This document shows positions 37,652-47,400 of a stretch of DNA of 64,000 nucleotides, piece by piece. How positions within the stretch are numbered: the first letter of the stretch is position 1; every line of letters begins with the position of its first letter. Under the pieces are notes generated by a model. That model was given only the letters and a program-made list of their open reading frames with translations, ran no database searches and was not told the origin of the DNA. Position numbers and translations under genes: made by a program. Origin of the DNA: Candidatus Binatia bacterium (GTDB lineage Bacteria > Desulfobacterota > Binatia > UBA9968 > JAJDTQ01); NCBI GenBank assembly GCA_963666515.2, contig OY762897.2, positions 2,784,001 through 2,848,000 on the forward strand, given 5' to 3'.

Positions 37652-38431
37652 TCAACGCGTGTTCCGGCAGCGCAGCAGCGCGGCCACCTCTTGCCACAGC
37701 TCCCGGTAGCGCTTCGTAGCAGTGGCCGCGGGCAGGAACGCGGGGAGCGGCGCCCTGGCCAGGCCCATGCTCTCCACGTCGGCGCTGTAGGGGACCGTGG
37801 CCTGCAGCCACCGCGGAAACTGCTCCTTCATGGCCGCCATGGTGGCCCGGTGCATCTTCTTGCGCGCCTCCACCATGGAGAAGAAGGCGCATATCCTGCC
37901 CTCGTCATAGCCTTCGCGCCTGATGAAGTGCCGGAGGTTGGCATAGGCGCGGGCCGCCAGCGTCGACGGGACCACCGGGACCAGGAGCAGGTCCGCGGCG
38001 ACGAAGATGCTCTCGGCCAGCAAGGCCGCGGTGGCCGGGCTGTCGAGCACGATCAGGTCGTACTCGTCGCGGAACGGACCGAGTATCTCCCGCAGCCGGC
38101 TCCTGGAACGCTTGAGGCGGCCCAGCGCGGACGCCAGGTGGCGGTGCGACCAGTCCGCCGGCAACAGGTCCAGCCCGTCGTAGTCGGTTCCCTTGATGTT
38201 GCGGGAAATCCGCGCCCGCCCCTTGAGGAAGACCTTTCGGGCCTTCCTGAGCCGGGGCTTCACGCGAAAGTAGTAGGTGGCCGAACTCTGCGGGTCGAGG
38301 TCACAGACGAGCGTCCTGAGTCCGGACGCCGCGCTGAGGTAGGCGAGGTTGACGGCGGTGGCGGTCTTGCCGACGCCGCCTTTCAGGTGATAGACGGCCA
38401 TCACCCTTCCCCGTTCGGACTTGTCCCCCAT
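37652..38431 (-). CDS. ParA/MinD-family ATPase (orphan, no parB)
   Basis: Deviant Walker A KGGVGKT, DLDPQ, IVLDSP. Confidence 0.9.
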   Translation of the reverse strand: MGDKSERGRVMAVYHLKGGVGKTATAVNLAYLSAASGLRTLVCDLDPQSSATYYFRVKPRLRKARKVFLKGRARISRNIKGTDYDGLDLLPADWSHRHLASALGRLKRSRSRLREILGPFRDEYDLIVLDSPATAALLAESIFVAADLLLVPVVPSTLAARAYANLRHFIRREGYDEGRICAFFSMVEARKKMHRATMAAMKEQFPRWLQATVPYSADVESMGLARAPLPAFLPAATATKRYRELWQEVAALLRCRNTR

Positions 38432-38511
38432 CGTTCAGACGTCTGCCAAGTCCGACGGGCTGCGGTAGAGGCCGGAGGCCGCTTCTCTCACGGCCTCCGA
38501 CCCTGCGCGCT

Positions 38512-38820
38512 TCAAGCCTTGGGTTTTCTGGGAGGGACGATGGCGTCTTTGCAGGCCTTGGCGATACGGAACTTGACGACCCTCTTCGCGGGAATCTTGA
38601 TCGCCTGCCCCGTAGCCGGGTTGCGCCCCATGCGGGCCTTGCGGTTGGTTTTCACGAGCCGGCCGATGCCCGGTACGATGAAGACCCCGGTCTTCTTCAC
38701 CTCCTTCACGGCAAGAGCGGCCAGGTTGTCCAGAAAGTCTTTCGCGACAGTTTTGTGGAGGTCGCACTTGGCTGCCAGATCGGCCACGATCTGGGCCTGG
38801 GTCATTTTTGTTGCTGCCAT
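38512..38820 (-). CDS. hup: HU-family DNA-binding protein
   Basis: PGIGRL, RKARMGRNPATGQAIKIPAKRVVKFR. Confidence 0.93.
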   Translation of the reverse strand: MAATKMTQAQIVADLAAKCDLHKTVAKDFLDNLAALAVKEVKKTGVFIVPGIGRLVKTNRKARMGRNPATGQAIKIPAKRVVKFRIAKACKDAIVPPRKPKA

Positions 38821-38963
38821 GCCTCTCCCTTCCACGCCCTGCGTTCCGGCGGGCGCAAATTCAAGAACTCCCTAGTTCAATACGCGTGTTTCACGAAATT
38901 GTAAAGAACAAAGGCGGCGAACACGGCTCCTTTACGCCGGCAAGCCGCCCGGCCGCGCCCTCC

Positions 38964-40433
38964 CTACGGGCCGCCGGCGCCCCCACGCCAGTCGGGCAAC
39001 TGCGGATGCGGCCGGCGAAAAGCGTGAATGATGTCGCTGTGCGTCAGGTTGTCGTACCGGAACGACGGCAGATCGGAACTGATTCTGGAGTGGTATCTCA
39101 TCAGGATCAGGTACCGTTTGACCAGCTCCGGCAGCAGGAAGTTCCGGCGGACGTGCTCCCGCCCCTGGCGGCCGAGGACCGCGGCGGCCTCGCCGTCGTC
39201 CAGGATGGCCGCCATGCGCGAGGCGATAGCGTCGGTGTCCAGCGGGTCCACCAGGTAACCGGTCACGCCGTCGATGACCTGGCGCTTGATGCCGCCCACC
39301 CGCGAGCCGATCACCGGCGCGCCCTGCCAGAGGGCTTCGGTCACCACCAGCCCGAACCCTTCCCGGGTCGACACGTGCACGAACCCCCGGGCGATGCGCA
39401 TCAACGCGCCCACCACCCGGTCGTTGTCCTCCACGTTGACCCAGAACCGGACGTCCGGGTCGTCGCCGGCCTGCCGTCTCAGTCCGTTCAGCACTTCCTC
39501 CCCCTCGGGGTCGTCGGAAGCCGTGTTGCCGATGAACAGCAGGCAGGGCTTGGGGTCCCAGCGCCGCGCCTCGCACAGCCGCTGGAAAGCCTTCAGTATC
39601 GTGCCCTGGTTCTTGTGAAGGTCGTAGCGGGAGATGGCGGCGAACAGGGGCCGTTCGGGGTCCACGTCGTGGGCCTTGAACAACGGCTGCAGGATGTCCA
39701 GCGCCTCGGTCCGGGTGTACTGGCGGTTCTTCTCCGCCAGCGGGTCGATGCACGGCATGATCTCGTAGACCGGAATCTTGAGCCCCGGGCCGACGAACTC
39801 GCGCATGGTGAAGACCGCGCCGTCGCAATGGTTGACGTACGGCAGGAGGAAACGCCAGACGGTCTTGTCGGGCACCGACGTATCGATGTGACAGCGCCAG
39901 ATCACGTTGCCGAGAATCGGCGCGTTCATGATCATGGCCGCCGGCTGCGGATCGTGGATGACGGTCAGGTCGGAGGCGATGAAGGTGTTGCTGGCGTTCT
40001 CGTCGATGGTGTCGAGGTAGGCGCCGAAGATCTCTTCAAGGGAAACGGGGGACCCCGCTCCCTGGAGCAGGTTGTGGAACTTCTTGGTGACCTGGAAGAA
40101 CTCGCGGTTGCCGCGGATGGTGCACCACCGGGCATCGATGCCCAACAGCCGGGCGAAGGGAACGGCGCTGCGGAGCATCTCGGCCACCCCGCCGCCCACG
40201 GCCGTGGAATTGACGTTCACCCAGCCGTGGCCCGTCAGCGGCTCGGCCAGACGCCTCAACTCGTCCATCTGCGGCCTGCCCGTTACCGCCTCGTAGTCGG
40301 CGAGGTCGAAAGAGCCCTCGGGCCGGTGTTCCTCCAGGCCGACGACGGTCTCGTCCCGGCCGTTCCCGTTGCCGGCTTCGGGCGGGAGCGAGGTAGATTC
40401 CAGAGCTTCGGCGGCATCGTTCAACAAGGTCAA
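38964..40433 (-). CDS. treT: GT4 glycosyltransferase, trehalose synthase TreT-like
   Basis: VNSTAVGGGVAEML, FFQVTKKFHNLLQG, IHDPQP, WRCHID, STREGFGLVVTEALW; TTG start after AGGAGG. Confidence 0.85.
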   Translation of the reverse strand: MTLLNDAAEALESTSLPPEAGNGNGRDETVVGLEEHRPEGSFDLADYEAVTGRPQMDELRRLAEPLTGHGWVNVNSTAVGGGVAEMLRSAVPFARLLGIDARWCTIRGNREFFQVTKKFHNLLQGAGSPVSLEEIFGAYLDTIDENASNTFIASDLTVIHDPQPAAMIMNAPILGNVIWRCHIDTSVPDKTVWRFLLPYVNHCDGAVFTMREFVGPGLKIPVYEIMPCIDPLAEKNRQYTRTEALDILQPLFKAHDVDPERPLFAAISRYDLHKNQGTILKAFQRLCEARRWDPKPCLLFIGNTASDDPEGEEVLNGLRRQAGDDPDVRFWVNVEDNDRVVGALMRIARGFVHVSTREGFGLVVTEALWQGAPVIGSRVGGIKRQVIDGVTGYLVDPLDTDAIASRMAAILDDGEAAAVLGRQGREHVRRNFLLPELVKRYLILMRYHSRISSDLPSFRYDNLTHSDIIHAFRRPHPQLPDWRGGAGGP

Positions 40434-40597
40434 GGCATCCCCTCCTGTGCTGTGGAAATGGGCAGCAATTCGCGAGACTTTAGAATGAGTTACCGGCGAA
40501 AGTCAACCACGGCGCCGGGACCGGTGAGAGACCCCTTGCGAGAGGGAAGGGGTTCACGTATTCTCTGACCACACGCTCACGCAACCGACCCTCGACC

Positions 40598-41275
40598 ATG
40601 CAAGCCAGGAAGCCTCATTTTCTGCGAAACACGATGATCACGGGGCTTCTGATCCTGATCCCGCTGTTCGTCACCTACATCCTCATCGCGTTCCTGTTCA
40701 ACCTGCTGGGCAACGCGGGCACGCCGATCATCCGCGGCCTGCTGTCCTTCCTCGACCTGGACGAGATCCGCTGGTTGATGCCGCTGGTTCCGGTCATCAA
40801 CCTGCTCATCGTCCTGTCGCTGATCTTCTCGATAGGGCTGTTCGGCACCAACATCGTCGGCCGGCGTATCCTGGCGGCGCTCAACCAACTGGTCATGCGC
40901 TTGCCGCTGGTGAGCACCGTCTACGGCGCCGTCAAGCAGGTGGTGGAGACGCTCCAGGGCCCTCAGGGAAGCTTCCAGCGCGTAGTGCTGCTGGAATACC
41001 CCAAGAACGGCGTGTGGATGATGGGGCTGGTTGCAACCCGCAGGGCCGATACCTTCAACCTCTCCCCGTCCGACACGCTGCTGTCCGTCTTCGTGCCCAC
41101 CACGCCGAACCCCACCTCCGGCTTTCTCGTCCTGGTGCCGGAGGAAGCGGTCATCGAAACCGACTACACCGTCGAGGAAGCCTTCAAGTTCATCGTCTCG
41201 TCCGGCATCGTCGGCAGGGAATTCACCACCCCCAGCAGTTCTGTACCAAGCCTTCCGACCGAAAAGGCCGGCTAG
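40598..41275 (+). CDS. DUF502 family membrane protein
   Basis: Two TM helices; YGAVKQ, VLLEYP, VFVPTTPNPTSGF, AFKFIVSSG. Confidence 0.9.
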   Translation: MQARKPHFLRNTMITGLLILIPLFVTYILIAFLFNLLGNAGTPIIRGLLSFLDLDEIRWLMPLVPVINLLIVLSLIFSIGLFGTNIVGRRILAALNQLVMRLPLVSTVYGAVKQVVETLQGPQGSFQRVVLLEYPKNGVWMMGLVATRRADTFNLSPSDTLLSVFVPTTPNPTSGFLVLVPEEAVIETDYTVEEAFKFIVSSGIVGREFTTPSSSVPSLPTEKAG

Positions 41276-41403
41276 CGTCCCGTCCTGCGTCACATCAGCT
41301 CCGACTCGTGGAACTATGCCCGGCTCCCGGGTGAGGTGGTCCACATCCACACCTTCACGCCCAGGTTCGAGTTCTGCATGACCGTCCCGGGTAGATTTTT
41401 ATT

Positions 41404-41428
41404 GATAATGATTTTACCTTATCATTAT
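41404..41428. promoter_or_regulatory. AT-rich inverted repeat with Fur-box-like half sites upstream of the giant FN3/LRR gene
   Basis: ATAATGAT-N8-ATCATTAT perfect inverted repeat. Confidence 0.45.
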
Positions 41429-41459
41429 ACTCACCCAGGTTGTTTGATCGTTGAGCTCG

Positions 41460-44400
41460 ATGAGGCTACGGGTGCCAACCAACACGCATCAACCATACGA
41501 TCACCTCTCGGGCCGTGGGCCGGCGGGAGTCCGTGCGGAGCATGCAGCGTCCGCTTTTCGCCGGAGCCGCGGACTGAGTACGGCGGCGCTCCTCGTCCTC
41601 GTCCTGCTGCTGGCCGCAGGGGCCGCTTCGGCCCGGGAGCCGACCGAGCCGGCGGCCGAGACGCTCACCGCCGGCAGCATCGAGGCGACCACCGCGACCC
41701 TGACAATCTCCAACCACAGCGGCGACTGGTACTACCAATACGCCGCGCCCACCGGCGGCACGTGCTCGTCCGCGGTGACCACGACCTCGACCACGGTGTC
41801 GGACCTGAGCGCCAACACCAGCTACACCTTCAAGGCCTACAGTGACAGTTCGTGCAAAACCGAACTGGCGGCCGCGGCGGCGTTCCCGACCCTGCCGCCC
41901 AAGCCGTCGACGCCCGCGACCACAGCGGGCACGGACGACGGCACGCTGATTCTGTCCTCCTCGGTGACCGGCAGCGCACCGCTGACCAAGTGGCAGTACC
42001 GGCAGAAGGCGGGCGCCGGCAAGTACGGCGCCTGGACGGACGTCTCCAGCACCTCGACGAGCCTCAGCCACCTGCTCACCGGCCTGACCGACGGCGCCGA
42101 CTACCGGTTCAAGGTGCGCGCGGTGAACGCCTCGGGCGCCGGCGCGGCGTCGGACGCCTCTGTGGTGACGCCCGAATCGGACGAGGTGACGGTGGCCGCG
42201 GCGCCGGGCACGCCGACGAAGCCGGGCGCATATTCGTACAACGCCGCAGTGGGTCTGTCCAGCCAGACCAGCGACGGCGGCGCGTGGATCACCAGGTGGC
42301 AGTACCGGTACAAGTCCAAGCCTGCCGGCGGGAGCTACGGCAATTACAGCGGCTGGATCAACGTGCAGCTAACGGGTAGTCGGTTTGGCCTATACTTGAC
42401 AGGCCTGACCAACGGCACGGAGTACACGTTCAAGGTGCGCGCGGTGAACGCGGACGGCGCCGGCCCGGAATCGCCGGAGTCGTACCCGGTGAAGCCAGGC
42501 TACCCGGTGGCGCCGCCCAAGCCAACCGCCGCCGCCGCCAACGCCAGCGTCTCGCTGGGCACTTTCGTTCGCTACGACGGCGGCTTTTCGATCATCAGGT
42601 GGCAATACCAATACAAGTCCAAGCCTGCGGGCGGGAACTACGGCAATTACGGCAACTGGGTCAACGTGCAGCAAGCGGGGAGGCGTATGCAGACGACCGT
42701 GTCGAGCCTGACCAACGGCACGGAGTACACGTTCAAGGTGCGCGCGGTGAACGCGAACGGCAACGGTTACGAATCTCCGGAGTCGGATGCGGTGACGCCC
42801 ACCGCAGTGGTAACGCTGGTCTGCAACCGCACCGCGCAGGTGCGCACCGCGATCATCGCAGCGGTTTCGGGCAGATCGACCTGCGGGGCCATCACGGCCA
42901 CGGACCTGGCGGGGATTACCGGCGAGTTGAACTTGGAAAGCAAGGGCATCGCCTCCTTGAAGGCTGGTGACTTCGAGGGCCTGACCAGCGTGACGACGCT
43001 GGATCTGAGTGATAACGATCTACCCAGCCTGCCTGCAGGCATATTCGACCAGCTGACCAGCCTGACGCGACTGGAGCTGAAGCGTACCGGTCTGAACCAG
43101 CTGCGCGCGGGCGTATTCGACCAGCTGAGCAACCTGACGCGCCTTGAGCTGGGTGCATACGGTGGGGACTCCGACAACGGAAACCCTCTGACCAGCCTGC
43201 CTGCAGGCGTGTTCGACCGGCTGAGCAACCTGACGCGCCTGGGTCTGCAGGGGAACGATCTGACCAGCCTGCCTGTGGGCGTGTTCGACCAGTTGACCAA
43301 CCTGACGAATCTGCTCCTGAGCTTCAACGATCTGACCAGTCTGCCTGTGGGCGTGTTCGACCGGCTGACCAACCTGACGAATCTGTTTCTGAGCAACAAC
43401 GATCTGACCAGTCTGCCTGTGGGCGTGTTCGACCAGTTGACCAGCCTGACGTATCTGAATCTGAGCAACAACGATCTGACCAGTCTGCCTGTGGGCGTGT
43501 TCGACCAGCTGACCAACCTGACGAGTCTGGGTCTGCGCAACAACGATCTGACCAGCCTGCCTGCAGGCGTGTTCGACAAGCTGACCAGCCTGACGTATCT
43601 GAGTCTGTATGCCAACGATCTGACCAGCCTGCCTGCAGGCGTGTTCGACAAGCTGACCAACCTGCCGCTTCTGTATCTGGGCAACAACGATCTGACCAGC
43701 CTGCCTGCAGGCGTGTTCGACAAGCTGACCAGCCTGACGACCCTAGACCTAGGGCACAACGATCTGACCAGCCTGCCTGCGGGCGTGTTCGACAAGCTGA
43801 CCAACCTGACGAATCTGTTTCTGAGTGGCACCAGCCTGACCTGCTTGCCCGGCATTCCCACCTCAGTGACGACGCTGTTCTTGCAAAAGGCCGAGAGCAC
43901 CTACGCCGCCTGCGGCGGCGCGGTGACGGTGAGCAAGTCCAGCCTGACGGTGTTGCCGACTGCCACGGCGACCTACACCGTCGTGCTGGACGCGGAGCCG
44001 AACCGTTACGCCAACAGCGGCACCGTCACCGTGACGCCCGCGAGCAGCGACACGAGCAAGGCCACGGTGTCGGGCGCGCTCACCTTCACCTCCGGCAACT
44101 GGAGCACGCCGCAGACGGTCACCGTCACCGGCAAGGCCGTGGGCTCGGCGACGATTTCGCACACCGTCAGCGACACCGGCGGCTACGACGACGCCACCGC
44201 CCCCAACGTGGCGGCGACGGTGGCCGGCAAGGTGCTGACGGCGTCGTCCATCACCACGAGCGGGGCGACGCTGACCATCGCCGGCCACACGGGCAACTGG
44301 TACTACCAGTACACCGCGCCCACCGGCGGCACCTGCTCGTCGACGGCGGTCACCGGGAACTCCACCACGGTGTCGGACCTCACCGCGAACACCTCCTACA

Positions 44401-47400
44401 CCTTCAAGGCGTACTCGGACGCCGGCTGCGCCACGGAACTCGTCGCCGCGGACGCGTTCCCGACGCTGCCGCCCAAGCCGGCGAAGCCCACGGCCACGGC
44501 GGGCGCGGGCAGCGGCACCCTGACCCTGGCCTCATCGGTGACCGGCACGGCGGCGCTGACCCAGTGGCAGTACAAGCAGAAGGAAGGCACCGGCAACTAC
44601 GATGCGGACTGGACCGACATCGACAGCACCTCGACGAGCCTGAGTTACACCCTGACCGGGCTGACCAACGGCACCAATTACCAGTACAAGGTGCGCGCGA
44701 AGAACGCGTCCGGCAACAGCGCGGACTCGGACGCCTCCACCGCGGCCCAGCCGGGGGCCGTGACCCTGACCGCCGGCTCGGTGGAGGCGGCCACCGCGAC
44801 GCTGACCCTCGGCAACTGGACCGGCAACTGGTGGCTGAAGCGCACGACGCCGGCGGACACCACCTGCAAGTCCAAGGGCACGACCGCGACCGAGGACCTG
44901 ACGACCCTGTCGTCCAACACCAGCTACACCTACACGGCCTACAGCGACAGTACCTGCGCGACCGAACTGGCGAGCGAAACCTTCCTCACCAAGCCGGGCA
45001 AGCCGACCACGCCGCAGGCCGCGTCGGGCGCCGGCAGCGGCACGCTGGTCGTCTCCGCGTCGGTAACCGGCAGCGGCACGATCGCCAAGTGGCAGTACAA
45101 GCAGAAGGAAGGCGCCGGCAACTTCGATGCGGACTGGACCGACATTGACAGCACCGCGACCGTGCTGAGCCACACCCTCACCGGGCTGACCAACGGCACC
45201 GACTACCAGTACAAGGTGCGCGCGGAGAACGCCTCGGGTGCCGGCGCGGACTCGGACGCCTCCACCGCGGCCCAGCCGGGGGCCGTGACCCTGACCGCCG
45301 GCTCGGTGGAGGCGGCCACCGCGACGCTGACCCTCGGCAACTGGACCGGCAACTGGTGGCTGAAGCGCACGACGCCCGCGGACACCACCTGCAAGTCCAA
45401 GGGCACGACCGCGACCGAAGACCTGACGACCCTGTCGACCAACACCAGCTACACCTACACCGCCTACGGCGACAGTACCTGCGCTACCCAACTGACGAGC
45501 GAGACCTTCCTGACCAAGCCGGGCAAGCCGACCAAGCCCACGGCCACGGCCGGCGCGGGCAGCGGCAAGCTGACCCTGTCGGCCTCGGTGAGCGGCGACG
45601 GCGCGCTCACCAAGTGGCAGTACAAGCAGAAGGAGGGCGCCGGCAACTACGACGCCGACTGGACCGACGTCTCCGGCACCTCGACGAGCCTGACCCACGT
45701 GATCAGCGGGCTGACCGACGGCACCAACTACCAGTACAAGGTGCGCGCGGAGAACGCCTCGGGCGCCGGCGCGGACTCGGACGCCTCCACCGCGGCCCAG
45801 CCGGGGGACAAGACGCTGAAGGCGAGCGCGGTGGAGGCGACCACCGCGACCCTGACCCTCGGCAACCACGCCGGCAACTGGTGGCTGAAGCGCACGACGC
45901 CGGCGGACACCACCTGCAAGTCCAAGGGCACGACCGCGACCGAGTCCCTGACGACCCTGTCGTCCAACACCAGCTACACCTACAAGGCCTACAGCAACAG
46001 CACCTGCGCGACCGAACTGGCGACCGCGATCTTCCTGACCAAGCCGGGCAAGCCCACCAAGCCCACCGCCGCGGCGGGCGCGGGCAGCGGCGCCCTGACC
46101 CTGTCGGCCTCGGTGACCGGCAACGGCACGCCGACCAAGTGGCAGTACCAGCAGAAGGAGGGCATCGGCGGCTACGGCGCCTGGAAGGACATCGTGTCCA
46201 CCTCGACCTCGCTGAGCCACGTGGTCAGGGAGCTGACCGACGGCACCAACTACCAGTTCAAGGTGCGCGCGGAGAACGCCACCGGCGCCGGCGCCGAGTC
46301 GGACGCCTCGGATGCGGCGACGCCGACGGACGAGACCCTGACCGCGTCGTCCATCACCGCCACCGGGGCGACCCTGACCATCGGCAGCTACACGGGGAGT
46401 TGGTACTACCAGTACACCGCGCCCACCGGCGGCACGTGCTCCTCGGAAATCACCGGGACCTCCGCCACGGTGTCGGACCTCACCGCGAACACCTCCTACA
46501 CCTTCAAGGCCTATAGCGACTACACGTGCACGACCGAACTGGCCGCGGCGTCGGCGTTCACGACGCTGCCGCCCAAACCCGCCAAGCCCACGGTCACCGC
46601 GGGCACGGTTGCCGACACGCTGGTCCTGGCATCCTCGGTGACCGGCACCGCGGCGCTGGTCAAGTGGCAGTACAAGCAGAAGGCAGGCACCGGCAACTTC
46701 GATACGGACTGGACCGACATCTCGTCCACCTCGAAGAGCCTGAGCCACACGGTGACCGGCCTGACCAGCGGCACCAACTACCAGTACAAGGTGCGCGCGG
46801 AGAACGCCTCGGGCTCCGGCGCCGAGTCGGACGCCTCCACCGCGGTGCAGCCGCCGGACGAGACCCTGACCGCCAGCTCGGTGGCGGCGACCACCGCGAC
46901 CCTGACCCTCGGCAAGCACAGCGGCAACTGGTGGCTGAAGCGCACGACGCCCGCGGACACCAACTGCAAGTCCAAGGGCACGACCGCGACCGAGGACCTG
47001 ACCAGCCTGTCGACCAACACCAGCTACACCTACAAGGCCTACGGCAACAATACCTGCACGACCGAACTGGCGAGCGAGACGTTCCTGACCAAGCCGGGCA
47101 AGCCCACCACGCCCACGGCCACCGCGGGCGCGGGCAGCGGGAAGCTGACCCTGGCGGCCTCGGTGACCGGCGGCGGCACGCTCACCAAGTGGCAGTACAA
47201 GCAGAAGGAAGGCACCAACAACTACGACGACGACTGGACCGACATCAACAGCACCTCGACGAGCCTGAGCTACACGGTGACCGGGCTGACCGACGGCACC
47301 AACTACCAGTACAAGGTGCGCGCGGAGAACGCCACGGGCACCGGCGCGACGTCGGACGCCTCGGTGGCGGCGCAGCCCCTGGACGAGACCCTGACCGCGA

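Noticed and set aside
37652-38431. ParA as a plasmid or chromosome partition locus
   Set aside because: No parB, parS-like repeat or rep gene adjacent; housekeeping context.
42981-43860. 72-bp repeats as a CRISPR array
   Set aside because: In-frame coding LRRs with only ~18-nt variable patches; no cas genes.
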